From the NCBI GenBank assembly GCA_000165425.1, contig CT867987.1:124001-188000 (forward strand): DNA of 64,000 nt. Direction: 5' to 3'. This document shows, one piece after another, positions 23,346-39,097 of this stretch (within the stretch, counting starts at the first letter, position 1; the number at the start of each line of letters is the position of its first letter). This stretch comes from Paramecium tetraurelia (lineage: Eukaryota). The notes below the pieces were generated by a model, which ran no database searches, was not told the DNA's origin, and saw nothing but the letters and a program-made list of their open reading frames with translations. The translations under genes and the position numbers were made by a program.

Positions 23346-26300
23346 ATGAATTAGCTGCTGGAAGGTAAGATGTTGGTGTTATGTTAGACTTGATTTAACA
23401 ATTTATAAAGGATGGAGAGGAGAAGCAGAGTGAACAAATAAGTCGTTAAGTAATGTAAAAGCATCCTGTTGTCTACTTGTGCAAATGTTCTGAGATTTTA
23501 GATGAAGTACTTATTAAATGTATTTTAGATGACTGAAATAAATAGCGAATACATCAGAGTACTTCGTTTAACACTTCAGGTTTCTGGGTTGTTAACTCGA
23601 ACAGAGGAGGCCAAATTAGGAGTCATATAATGCACTCAAGTGTTAAAACGAATTATAAATCGAATTCTGAGTCAACCTTAAATTTCAGAGGAGTTGAATT
23701 AATTGCTCACCGATATCCACATCAAATTAATGGATGTTTTTGATGAATTGATTATCAATCATATTTCTGATTTTTTTGAATCTGGACGTGTTCCTGAAAT
23801 AGTTATTTTGAAGATCATTTAGCAGATTTTCGAATCATAAAGTAAAGAGTTAATTAAATTTGTTTAGGTAAAGAATACTTTAGACAATTTTCATACGAAA
23901 TATTATAAAAGATTTTATCATCTCTCTCTCTTGTGAAGACTGATTAATGTAGATTAGATTATTGTTCATTGTTGCAATCTATTTATAAAACACTAACTCA
24001 TTTCGAAGAGAATCAGATTTAAATTAATCAGGAATAGGTTTAAAATGTAAGTTGGCTTATTTTTGACTAAATCATCAAAGATTGGATGCAAACTACCACT
24101 TAAGTTTAAGTGTTGTCTTTGGTTGGATTTATGAGTTAATTTATATCAAGGGATAGATTGGAACGAAGTCTAGAAAGATTGACATCTGTATATTTGAGTG
24201 TTTTGAAACAAAAAAGCAATTAATTAAGACCATTGTTTGAAGGTTTCAATAAGTTCCTGGAAAGATTATACCATTTGGACAGAATTGGATACGAGGGAAT
24301 CATAAAATCGATTATGGTTTCATTGTATGAATTTTACAAGAATCCAATCTTCTCTCCTAACTACCCATTTGATCCAAATGCTTTGAAGTATAAGAATGAC
24401 TTATTGACCCTTTTGCAGACAGTATCAAAGTTTAATATAGATAATTGTTTAGATCTGTTTATTGGTAGAATTAATGTAATTAAATGTATGTATATTTTAG
24501 AGTAAGGATTAGATAGAGAGAGTTTCATGTCTATGGATTTGCAATTTCATTTTGTCTAGAAATTTCAAACTGATCTCTGAACCATACAAAAGACAATTAG
24601 TGTTATAATTACTAAATTTATAATTTGAATAAGATTGCGAAGTGAGATATTCAATTTGCGAAATCATTTTACAAATCTACTACAAACTAAAAGATGAAGA
24701 ATTACCAATCAATTAAACCTACTTGGACGTTAAAGCTCTCCTCTTTTATTTGTTTAATCAGGTATCGATACATGATAAGGAATTGGAGGAATACGGAAAG
24801 TAAAGGGCAGCACCATTCGAGACGACCTTAGAAGTAAGATTCAAATTTATATTTTGAAAGCTATTGAAGAGTAGAGCTTAAAAGGTATTGACAACACTTT
24901 CATAAGATCAGTATTTTTATGATTTATTATGGCCGATGGGATTGGAAATTATTAATAACCAAAAGTTTTCTCCAGGATTATCTCATATTTTTAAATGTTA
25001 CACTTAGATCTTGCAAAAATTAAGCATTATCACTCCTAATTCCCCTGTTGCCTAACATGTTATCGTTGTGAGAATGCTACTGCTAATTTAGATTCCATAC
25101 TTCTTTCCAAATTTAGGATTTGAAGCTGTTAATTTCTTGCCATATTTGATAAAGACATTTGATTTGAAGGTCCCAAGTAGTTTTCACTAAAATGTAGAAG
25201 CATTGAAACAATATCTCATAAATAAAAAGCCTTTGGATGAATTTTATGAGGAGAAGGTATAATAAATTTGGAAGGTTTGCTTATCATTATTCATTTAAAA
25301 TAAAGAACTCTCTTAAATCGAGGAGGACTTTTAGGTTTAACTAAGCATGTATTTAAATTCACAAGCCTTGAGATTGCCAATAATGAAAATGTAAGCAACT
25401 CTAATGAGTTTTCTCACTAATTAGGAAACAATTAAATACAATTTAGATAAGTTGTTTAGCATTTGTCATCAAGAATACACAAATCAAGCTCTAAATCTCA
25501 ATGTCCCAATTTAAGAGCCAGACTTCAATCTTCGACTTTGTGTAGCTGAATGCTTTGGTTACATCGGAGAAAGACACACTCAATTAGTATTAGATAAAGT
25601 CAAGTCAATTTTAAATTGCGAAGTGATTCAAAAGAAGAATACAGGTTCATTCAAGGAGAGTGTTTTATCAATTTTTTAAAAAAATGGCAGTGATGAATAT
25701 TTGGCCTCCTTTAGAGCTACGCTACTAATAGCCTATGGATGTTTAGCAAAATAAGTTTCTTTAGAAACATTGGAGAAGAATATCCTACCAAATGTTATGC
25801 CATTTATTGGACATGAACAATTGTTCAATTCTCTTTAGATCTCTTTAGAATCCATAAGCAAAGCAATCGAAAGATCTATTGAAAATACAGATGAAGCTGC
25901 TGCATCCTCATTTTTGTTGAGTTACTAAAAATATAGAGAATAGGTGTTGAATCACTGTTAAAAAAATATCACTCGAGGAAATATATTTAGGAATCTTAAT
26001 ACAATTAATTTACAATATCGTTTGGCTCCGGTTGAGTATAATAAGGCTAAATAATTATTGAGTTAACATTTGGATTAGAAGTATGATCTTTCAATTGAAT
26101 AAGTCAGTCTTACGTTTTAAAACTGTTTTTTGTTGTTTTTGGGAACAGTTAAATTGGAAGAAGACTCTTAAAGTATTTCAGTTTGGCAATCTCTATTGTA
26201 TTTAATAAAATCAATTAAGGATAATGATTAATTGATAGAAGTTTTGTAGAAAAGTATTTAGAGAGTGAAACTAAAGATGGAATAAAATCATAAGAATTAT

Positions 26301-28261
26301 TTTAAGGTAATTTTGACTTTACTTTCAATATAATATCGTAATACAAATGCAAAAAGGTCGGTTGTCTTGATTTTAGAAAAGGTAATGTTATCTTTGGGAG
26401 TATATTTGGATATCTACTAAAAAACTGATGAAGAGTTTAATTCTTAAGTAATAAAATCGTTAAGAGAGAAACTGCATCACAATGAATTGGCAGTCTTGAT
26501 GTAGGAATTATAGAATCTCATCACTGAGCCAATCGTTGATTCACTACATGGATTTGTCTCTCTTATTCAATGCATATATCAAAGTGACTATGGTGATTTA
26601 AATAAAGTTCTATTTCTATTATAATCCATTTGTCAATAGGGAGCCGGATCTTCCTCTGAAGAAGTGATGTAAGATTATATTTTTATAATTAGTAATTCTA
26701 ATCTCAGCAAAGCAATGGATTTATTGGCATAAAATAATTTGAGTGATTCTTTGAAGGTTCTTTTGGATAATCAATCAGAATTTCCAGTGAGTATGTTTCC
26801 GAGATTGTTTCTTAATTGTGTAAGTTAAAAAAAGACTTTTATGGTGTAAAGCTTTAAGTTTTTAACAGATGTGTTAAATAATCCAGAAGGAAGTAATCAA
26901 TTTTTTCGATTATTTAGTTATCACTGGAGATATTGGAAATTATTTAGTTAATGCTTCATTATTTATTGGATAATTGTTAATTGACGAGAACAAAATTCTA
27001 GCAGAGATGCTACACAAATCAATGGCCAGTATTTTGGGAACCTTCTTGCTTAGATTTATGACTTGTCATGATCCTAAATTATCTGGATCATCTTAGTCAG
27101 TCTAGACTGCTATTTGGGCATTTCAAAATTTTTTGACTATTTGCAACATTGAAGGAATATCACAACACGTTTTTAAGAAGTTGTTAATCGAGGAGGAAGT
27201 TGAGGATGGAGTTCAAGAGATTGTTATGATATATTGTAAAGGGGCTTCATTCCAAGATCAACAGAAACTATTTTACTTTATTGAAGGTTTCACAAAAAAG
27301 GAATAAGCATCATATAGATTAGGGGCAATAGTTGTTATTAGTTAATTCATAAGAAGTTATAAGAAGGAGTATGCTTAATAGAATGTTTATGAGAATCTAT
27401 TGAAAACCCTATTAGAATCAGCTGAAGATGACAGTGATAATGTGAGAGCTTAAGTGGCATTTGGATTGGGAGGATTATCATATTATCTAAAAGCTGATGA
27501 GACAATTGAAAAGGAGTTATTGTAAGAGATTATCGAATGTTTAATAAACTTATTGGATGATCAACAAGAGATTTGTGTGAGGAGTGCGATGATCAGTTTA
27601 TAAAATTTGGTTGACTCTAAAACTGATTTTATAGCATACCTTCATTAATTGATTTTTACCACAACAGCTAATTTTGAGAAGACAATGACTAAGATTAGAA
27701 TTTCTGCTTTTTCCTTGTTCTCAAAATTGTGCAATACTTGTTTTGTAGAGGAAATAATGAATGAATAATTAATGTCTTATTTAAGATAAGCATTAGTATC
27801 AGTGATGCTTCATTTGTTAGATGAGAGTGTTCAGGTTAGATAGGTGTGCAAGTTAGCTTTGGAACCAATTGGAAACTTACTGCAAGCACCACTTTTAAAG
27901 TAAATTGATTTACCTATATTTAAGACAACTGTCAAATAATGAAATCTAAAGTGAACTTGAGACGAGCCATCTGGAAGAAAATGAAAAAATCATAATGATA
28001 ATGACCATAAATTTGGAATAAGATCATTTGAATGTAATATTAATGATAATATTAATTTAGACCTATATCAAGGCATTGATTGAGTTTTGCAAAAGTCCTG
28101 AACATAATATAAAAGGAGCAGCCTTGTTTAGTTTGATTATTCTTTTGGCCTTTAGAGAAGTAGGTGACTATAGACCATAAATTGAATAATTATGCAAGGA
28201 GAACAGTAAAGCAAAGTTGATCACAAAACAATTAGTGATGAAGGCAGCGTACTATTTATGA
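23346..28261 (+). CDS. Large HEAT-repeat protein, MROH/Maestro-like
   Basis: Helical repeats with segments resembling MROH1 (YKNDLLTLLQTV, LLWPMGLEII, LMLHLLDESVQVRQVC-like). Several tiny introns. Family call is from remembered similarity only. Confidence 0.6.
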
Positions 28262-28379
28262 TATACCTAAAAATATATAAGAAATGTGTATAATTATACA
28301 TTTTATATTTAATTGTAGAAATTACTGTTTAACTTAATACGAATTTAATTATATGATAGAAAATAATTTATACTACGAA

Positions 28380-29967
<1,588 letters not shown>

Positions 29968-30773
29968 AGGAAATTAATTATTTTATTTATTATATAAAAT
30001 TAAAAGATTTGTTACATTCCTATTGTCTTTATATATTATAATAACTATCTCAACTAAAATCATTATATAATATATCTTCTCATAGGCTGATTAGGATTAT
30101 ATTTAATTATTATTAAGGGTTTTTAATTTTATGAAAATAGTTAATATTTATAAATAACATAGATTATTTATCAATAAATTCATAATCATGTGCATCTTTA
30201 TCAATTTTCATAATTATTAATTTAAAACATATTATAATGCTAAATTATAATAGAGAAAAATCAAAGAAAAAATAATGATACATCTAAAATTAGATAGTTT
30301 ATAATTAATTTTCAACATTGCTTATTCATATAAAAAATATTTATTATTTGTGTTCGGTTTGTTGTAAAATTAAACTATCAGAGAGTGTTGAAGCAACTAA
30401 TAAAAATGAAGCTAAATTGATTTATGCCATATCGAGCCATATTCCTTTATTGCTATAAGAGTTGCTAATTATTTGATATTAGGAGATTTGAATTACTTTT
30501 TAAGACATCTTATTAAATGTTAGTCTCTGATGAAATACCTCTACTTTGATGATTAGATATTTTGTTTTGAATCTGGATGTGAATATGAATTCTCCCATTT
30601 TATTTTGATGATATCATATAAATGTGCCTGAATTTGTTCTATATTAAAAGCGGATAGATAAATTAGATGATTAAGGTCATCGCTCTCAAATAATTTGATT
30701 CAAACTATTTATTTAGAATCTAAGTTGCTATAAAACGATACTATTTAAAGATAGCAAATTATGTTATATAAAT

Positions 30774-32412
30774 TCATATAATACATTTTGTCTAAATTAG
30801 ATCATTGTAAGCCTTTGAATCTTTCAGATTTTTATCAATGATTTTTCTAAACAAATTATTAGAACTAATAGGGAATTCAGGCTCAAGTTTATCCTTGTAA
30901 GCTTCGTTAAAGTCTTTTTCAAACTTTTGTGGATTTGATTTACTTTAGAGGGAGCTTGTGATTAATGATCTCAATCTAACGTACTTGCTCCTTAGATATG
31001 CAACTTGTATTTCAACAATGTCTTTAACTAATTTTGTATTCTGTACAATTCTTTCTGGGATAGTTTTTAATAATTAAGGATTCGAATTAACTTCTAAGAC
31101 GTAGATTTGCAAATCATCAGTGAGCATGAAATCGACTCCAAAGAATTCTGATAATTTACTATCTTTATCAAAAAAGTGTTAGGTGCTCATTATTAGATGT
31201 TAGATGGTAGTGTGTATTTTAGGATAGAGGTAATCTTCTAACCATTTCTTGTTCTTTATTTTTTTTTATTTCAATAGCAATTCTTAAAGGTAATCTAATT
31301 TCCATTCAATAAAAAATTGTTTATCCTCGTCTAAATCTTGGCCCTCTATTTTCGTTTTGACGATCGCAGTGTTGCAAACATGTGAGGATTTTTCTAAGGA
31401 AAACTTATCAAATGGCGTGGCACATCTTCTAATTAAGGAACTATCATAAGCATAGGCAATCAAGGGATAGGTAGAAGCAATTATGAAATATATTCTAAAT
31501 TCAATTTTATGTCCTTTGAATAGATAGGGATTATTGATATATTTTTAGGCGATTATATACTTTGAATTTAGACCGCAATTCTAACCATTCTAGTATTCTT
31601 TGATGAGTTATTGAGTTTCTTTTTAAAATAACATAGTAATCCCCGCCCCTCTATGTACTTCCAATCCTAATTTACTTATGAATTGTGGTCCTTGTTTTTA
31701 GAACTTCTATTGGTACTCCGTAGTGTTAATAAACTCAAAGAATGCTGAACACTCATCTTTCAGCCATAATCTGTAAGATTTGGGGATGTAAGTAACATTT
31801 GTTGAACAGAATTCAGGCATGGTCTTCAATTTATCCACATATAAATAATAGTTATTTAGCAATTCATTTTTGTATGCTAGTTGTTATCGACCTCTCATGT
31901 GGTTATGTTTCTAAAACAAGCACATAGCAGCTAGATAAATTAGATATTTCATTACATAGTCCTGTAGTTGTTTTAGTGAGATAGGAGTCATAATAATTAA
32001 AAGGAATTGTCAAGGCTTCGGGTAGGACACTCTTATTCCTTATTTTACCTTCGGTGTAATTGGTGATCTTGATAAAGCTGATAGATTAGACAATTTCTTG
32101 GGTTAAATCATCGGTATCTCTGGTGGTGTGAATGTCCTTTAAAACGACATCAGGGTGATAAAATTTGAACGTATCCGATTAGTTGCAGTAACTGTCATTC
32201 AGATATATTTAAGATTTCGATAGGTCGAATCGATATAATCTTTTACTTGTATAATAATCCCTGTTGTTGAAAAAGTTGGTGGTGGTCAAAGTATTCATCT
32301 ATTTGATAATATCCTTGACTTAATCATATTATTTATAGACCAAAGTGTTCTCAAAGAGCCATTTCTACAAAAACAAGATGCACAGGGATACCAATAATAT
32401 TTATTAGGTCAT
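30774..32412 (-). CDS. Tubulin-tyrosine-ligase-like (TTL/ATP-grasp) protein with N-terminal hydrophobic segment
   Basis: QKHNHM, YIPKSY, HRGAGI, IAQKYINNPYLFKGHKIEFRIY, HVCN, FFGVDFML, LEVNSNP. N-terminus MTQQILLVSLCILFLQKW. Confidence 0.85.
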
Positions 32413-32430
32413 TAAATTAAAATAATTATA

Positions 32431-32501
32431 GGGCCATTAGTATAGCGGTAGTATGGATGTTTCGGGTACATCAGATATGGGTTCGACTCCCGTATGGCCC
32501 C
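32431..32501 (+). tRNA. tRNA-Pro (anticodon CGG)
   Basis: Acceptor stem GGGCCAT/ATGGCCC. Anticodon stem GATGT/ACATC with loop TTCGGGT. T-arm ATGGG-TTCGACT-CCCGT. Discriminator C. Confidence 0.93.
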
Positions 32502-32508
32502 TTTTTTT
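32502..32508 (+). terminator. Pol III oligo-T terminator
   Basis: T7 run immediately after the tRNA. Confidence 0.8.
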
Positions 32509-32610
32509 AATAAATCATGCGATTAAATATATAATAATGCTAATTCAATTTTGCTTAACATTTTAGTGCATGTATATATATATAATAGAGAAAATAGCCT
32601 TGTAATGTAT

Positions 32611-35600
32611 TCATTTTAGCCTTGAACCAATTTTCATGATGTTGTAATTGCTTGGCACTTTCATAGGATCCAAACGTGACATGACTTGTTTATCATCAAC
32701 AATTTATCTTAGAACCATTTTATCATGATACCCATATAAGTACTTATTTCTTGATTAAATTTATTTGTCTATTGCGTCTCTTCTTTTGTTATAATCATTA
32801 TATTTAATTAATTATTCCTTCTTCTTGATTACAGTAATAGATTTTAATTTGTTTTATTGTTTTTAATCGGTTGGTTTAAGTATGTATTTGGAGTTGTCAA
32901 TGTTGCCATCAGCATCAAATGCTCTTTTGTCTATTCCTCTCAATTCGTCATAATAGGGTAAAATGTAGACATCGGTGGGTCTCCTCAAATGTTCCGCAGT
33001 AGGTCTTCTTTTCTTTTATCTTCTGACAGGATTGAATTACATAGCTTCCTCCTCTTCTCCACTATCGTCATCAGCATCTTAATTATAAATGCGCCCTTTC
33101 CCATTTGTATTGTAATCCTTATTGAATTTCTCGATTTCCACATCAACATCACTTTCTGTACATTCAATTGTATTTCTAATTTACTCTGCTGCCTTAAGGA
33201 AATGCTCTGAAAAAGCCTTCCAGGCTTTGATTGTCATGTATAAGTATAGATACTCTTGAAGGATATTAAAGTTGCTTTGCAAATCCACAATCTAACTGAC
33301 AACTTCTCTTCTGTAATGAGGATTTCTTTGATTGTAGAGTCGATACTTAACCTTTTTGTCGTTGTCCTTCATTATTTTTTTGCCAGCCTTTGTACTTATT
33401 TTGAATATGCTTTCCTTGAACGCTGCTTTAAAGACTTCATAAAGAAGATTCCTAAAAGTAAGACATCCATCAAAATCCTTCTTCAATTCAAACTCAGATG
33501 CATGTTTGGCAGCATCCCATATATTATCTCCTCTCCGTGCTCCCAATGGTTCTCCTAGTTCAAGTAGAAAATGAGCCAAATATTTGGTTTGTATTTTTGT
33601 TCCTTAGAATTCTTCAGAGTATTTGCACCACAAATTTCTAAAGGTGTCGATGGTTTCAACATAGGTTTCCACACAACTACTACTGGTGTCATAGAACTTT
33701 TCAAATTCTTAAACCAGTTCACAAACTATTAAATTAAGTAAGACTCTTGCTCCCACAAAGATCAAACTATAATAATAAATTTGAGCCAAGATCCAAGGCT
33801 GATGGTGCTCTTTCATATACTCTTACGAATCCTAATAAATAAATCTCCATCCATTTTCTATAGTGCATTTGAATGTTACTATCAACCCATAGAAAAAATT
33901 GGTGAAGTTCTGTTGATCATTCATCATAAAACCTGTTTCGATATCTGAAAATAATTCACAACCAATATAAGAGTAACACGATAGTACTGTTACAAACAGA
34001 CCCAAGATCCTTAACAAAGCCATCTTATTAAAATAGATCACATTCAATAACTTCCTTATCCTTGTGAATTGCTGAATGATCAGAGCCATTCGTAAACATC
34101 TATGAAGTATAAATAATCTCAGCCACACAAAATAAGGGTCATCTCTGCTTGCTCTCACATATCTGATAAATATGCTGTGTTGGATATCCAAAAAGAAGTC
34201 TATTATTGCACATATCACAAATATCAGTTGCATCTATCTCCAAACATCGTCAAAATATCTTTTAATGTTTAATGAGAACAACTTGACTACACAATCTATT
34301 GTTAGGATGAGACTAAAAAAGTGTTGGAATCCATTCAGAATATTGAGATAGTGGTTGCTTGCAGATTCGTATAATAACATTAGAATGACTAAAAATAATT
34401 ATATTGCTTTTACATAAGTTTATTAACAAACTGTATTTGGTTACAAAAATATAATAGGAATTGCTTAACAATTTCTTTGCTCCCAATCTTATCCCTTTCT
34501 TTGGAGGTTTAGAATAATTTGGTGTGTCTTGCATGATTATATCAGATAATTTCAGAAATAACTCCTAATCTAAGGTTAAGTCTGGATTAAGCAATTGTGA
34601 TTTGTTCTATTGGAAATTTACGAATATAACTCCAGCAAAGAACTAAAGGAAAAATAGTGTCCCTACAAAAGTAAATGAAAAAAAGAATAAATAAGAAATC
34701 CATTCATTATTGAATCTTATTGGCCCCGTAGTTTCAGGAGCACTATTGATACAAATGAATAAAGTCTAAGCCCAAAGATCAAAAGTAGATAACACATACA
34801 ACGATTTCATGGCCTCCAAAATATTGTCAAAATTATATTAGTAAACAATCCATTCCTCCTTCTCCTCTTCACATTCTTCTTTGCTAACTCCGTAATTTGT
34901 AGCCTCACCACAATAACCCATCTTCCCTCTATAAATTGTCATACCGAAAATTGCAAATATGAACCAAAATAATAACACTACATAAAATATTGAAATAATA
35001 TCTCCCAATGATTTCATGATAGCTCCTCGCTCATTTATAAAGAAACCGTATGTTGATGTGACTTTTAATGGTCGCAAATAACCTAAAAAGAGCATCCATT
35101 CCAGGGCTTCATGTTGAGTGGCTATGTGCAAAAAATAACAGATTATGTAAACAAAGTCGATAAATACCCATATGCTGTTGAAATAACCATCCTCTGATAG
35201 TAAACCATATGTTATAATTTACAAGATGCCATCAATGAGGATGATTAAATTACAGATCAACTTAATTATTTCGCAAATACCCCACTCTTCATGTCGATAT
35301 TAATCAGTATAGGTAATCACTATTAAGTTTATTAAGCTGCCCCACAATATTAGAATCATTAATGACTAAAAGAATCGGTTTTCAGTAATTGAGAAGCATA
35401 ACTTTCTAAATTTGTTCTTTTTGGAAATAAGGAATAAAGAATATTGATTTTTGATATTTTTGAATTTCTCATTCTCTTCTGGTTGAATTAATGAAGACAA
35501 GATGTTATTGAGAGTAAAATTTTTTTTTATCTTAGCTGAAGTATGAGTTTGATTATCCTATTCATCAGTTTTTTCTTCCTCGATCTCCTCAACATTCTCT

Positions 35601-38600
35601 AAATAACTAGCAAATCCATCTAGAATTATAACAAATGCTAAGCCGAATCCAAAATAGTTGACTATAAATACTAATGAAATACAAAATAGAAATGCTATGT
35701 ATGAAGCACTATATTAAGTACTTAGTATGACTACTCCATACCAGTCATCACTTGTTGAAATGTCATATACTGCAATCCAAGATTAGTAGATGTTACCAAA
35801 ATAATGAAACAATGCCAATTCTCCACTATCTGGAAAATTGAAGATCTGCAATGAAAACACAGCATAATTTAATATTAAAAAGAATAACAACAAGGTCATC
35901 ATAGCATAATTAGGGAATGTCTAATATGAGATCACCATCATATTTTGAGCAAACGTATTGTATTTGATGACTCTAAAGAAGAATAATGATTTCAAAATTC
36001 TGATGTAGGTGAAACTTTCAATTAAGACCTCTTCATCCTAATAGATTGTGAGAGTCAAAATTCTTTCAATGGCTGAAATCATGATAACCAAACACCCTAA
36101 AATGTTACTCACTTTGTATAAATAACCCTTTATGCATATTGATTTAATGAGGATCTCCAATACCAATAAGATATTCACTGATAAATCGAAGAAATCTGAA
36201 ATACCAGAATCATAATAATCTGAGAATGCAATGAGTAAAGTATCAATGCATACGAAACTATCGATTATTACCATAACAAATTATTGAGTAATGAAAATTC
36301 CTAGATAGAATTTAATGTATTCTAAATAAAACATAAATCCTTTTGCAAAATAATAATTCCATCCTCTATTTAAGTCTTGTATCACAGAATTAGCCTTGTA
36401 ATTTTTCATTAGATCATTCCCTGACCATTTCTTTTCTATAAAACCCTCAATTATTTGAGAATCTTAATCGTAATATTTTTGCTCGTAATCTTTAATTTCT
36501 TAAGTTTCTACTTTCAATTCCGCATTTATAATCTTCTCTATCTATTGATAAGGTAATTATATCCCATCTAATAACATGTATCTTGATAATTAGGGTATAG
36601 ATTTGCTAAACTAGGTGCTCTATTGAAATTTCTAGGAATACATATGCTTTAAGCTCTTTCCCTTTTTAATTTATATTATTTCTTAAGGGTATTTTTCAAG
36701 TTTAGATTGGTCGAGATTAGAACTTATTTCATCTTCACTCAATTCTCTCACTGATATATTGTTTTCCTCATTGGCTTATTGAATCTAATTATAATGCATT
36801 GCGAAATTCGATCTTCTAATTGGAAATAGATGCTCCTCTTTTTTTGAGTTCTCCTTGACTGGGTCTTTTTGTGTATCAACTACATAAGTTTAAGTAGCAA
36901 ATATTTTAGGAATTTTTTTGGTTTTGGCTTTGGTTTGTGTGGGTATAGGTGCTTTAGGTTATATTTCTAAATCTTCCATAGAATTGAATTAATTGGGAGT
37001 TCCCTTAATTATTTACTTATTAAGACTGAGATAATCAATACTTAAGAAAGTGTAATAGAGTTAGAGTTCGTTAAAGTGATTTTCATTCGCTTAAATTATA
37101 ATTTTCATTTAATTTTGAAGTTTATGATTTGGGAAGAGGATGTAAATTATCCAACTACCAAATGTATACTATTGTTAAATTAAATGTCTTTCATTTATCA
37201 TTTCATTTTTTTATCTTGCTGATAACAACTTTGTTTTTTCTTAATTAGCAGTTTCGGGAAATATGTGCTTTTATCCTTTTATATGAGGTTCATCTTGAGA
37301 ATTGTTTGAGAATGACTTACTGTTTAATCTACCAGATTTCCCTTTTAAATAATTCTTATAGGATATTTAGTAGTACTACCACATGCCAATGGCCTTTAAT
37401 TTTTATAGATTTACACTAATCTGATCTTCGTAAGATTCAGGTTTGATAGGGTTTTTAACATAATATTCTTAAGTTTTGTGATAGCTTACTTTTAGGACTG
37501 CAATCAACAATTGAAAATAAAACTTATTGATAGCGAAGATGATAAAAATGTACAAGATACAAACAAGGGGATTAAACTATTTCATTAATACGTACATAGA
37601 GATGGTCCAATCATTCACAACACTAGTCCTGATAGTTTAGAAATAAGAGAAAATAATATCATCAAAATGAGTTGGAGTATCTAAATTACTTAGTTGTCGA
37701 GCACAAATATATCCATGTTCACATTCAACATAGCCACACACATCTTCTTCAAATTTCTCTAATGAAAATATGCCCAATTCCTCATTCATACAACGATATC
37801 TGATGACTCCATTAAATGCATACAACATAATCAAAGCGATGAGAATTGTGAACAATATCAGAATCAATATATTTTCAACTATCTGTTTTACGGCCTCTTG
37901 GATTGACATAAGCATAATGTTTAAGGTACTGCTAATCTTACCAACATAAAAGGGAATCCTTATCAATCTAAAGGTTGAAACATCAAAAGGAATGTAATCA
38001 TTTTCTATAAGGAATAGAAAATATAATATCAAAATTATTAAGTCATAAATATTCCAAAATGAAGAGATGTATTTTTTAAATCCTTGACCAGCCAAATGAA
38101 TTAATGAGTCTGCGAAGTAGAGTGCACATAGTATATATTAATACGATTAGATTTCATTTTATTAAGTAGATGATCTATTGAGGAACAAAATGATATTCGT
38201 TAATGTCAGAAACATTTCATAAAGATCAAAAGCTGTCCATTGCAATAAACGATAACAACAAATCTCAAAACCAACTACAATAAAAAACAATATTTTCCTA
38301 AAATACAGCAATTTATTATTGTCCTAGTAGTATTTTATCTCCATTAATAACCATTTAAAATTATGGTTCACCTTCAATTCGATGTTATAATTTTAACTTT
38401 CTTCATTATATAGATTCTCATGGAGCATTAACAAAATATTATTCTCCTTTTCTTCCTATTCCTCAGGTTTTTCTTCTGCATTAGTTGTTTGAAATTACTT
38501 CTTGAGATCTTCCTAATTATCTTATACTTCCCTTTATATTGTTTATTACTGTTTGTTAGTTTAACTTTCATCGATGCAATCTCCAAAATTGGAGGCATCC

Positions 38601-39097
38601 AATCTATATGACTCATTTTCTTTTAATAATTGCTCAAATGCCTTTTTAGATGCTTATCTTGTTAATGCTTCATTTAAAATAATCATTGAGTGCTCTTATT
38701 CTATATTATAGGTATTATACTGTTCTGATGCTGACTCTTCATCTCTCGCTGGTTTCTCATAAATTTGATTTTCCTATAGTAAAATTAGAGTCTAATTGTT
38801 TTGAGTTGTTCTGTTCTATGTGAATCGCTTTTTATCACTCCTCAGAGTTTGAGATTTTTGCGATGATTTTAAACTTTCCTTCATCATTTAAGTTCCTTTT
38901 GAAAGCTATGATTCAGGTTTATTTTTATCCAACACTACGGAAGCTGTCTATAATTTTTATTTGTTTTAATCTTATTGCTCTTGTTTCGGATCGCTTTGAG
39001 CATCCCATTTATTCTTTTTTTAGGCTTGTTTACCTTTTTAAGGTTATTAAAACACAGATACTTATTTCTGCTACTTTACAGCGTTAACTTATTACAT
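32611..39097 (-). CDS. Four-domain voltage-gated-type cation channel alpha subunit (Cav/Nav superfamily, divergent), copy A
   Basis: Four 6TM repeats with P-loops VVNDW, TSDDW, TFDLW and IENGW. Degenerate S4 helices, C-terminal ELGEPLG motif, one 25-nt intron near 34390-34414. Confidence 0.85.

Noticed and set aside
29970..30770. Possible small ORF or pseudogene between CDPK and the TTL-like gene
   Set aside because: Only short, motif-less frames; not distinguishable from AT-rich intergenic DNA.
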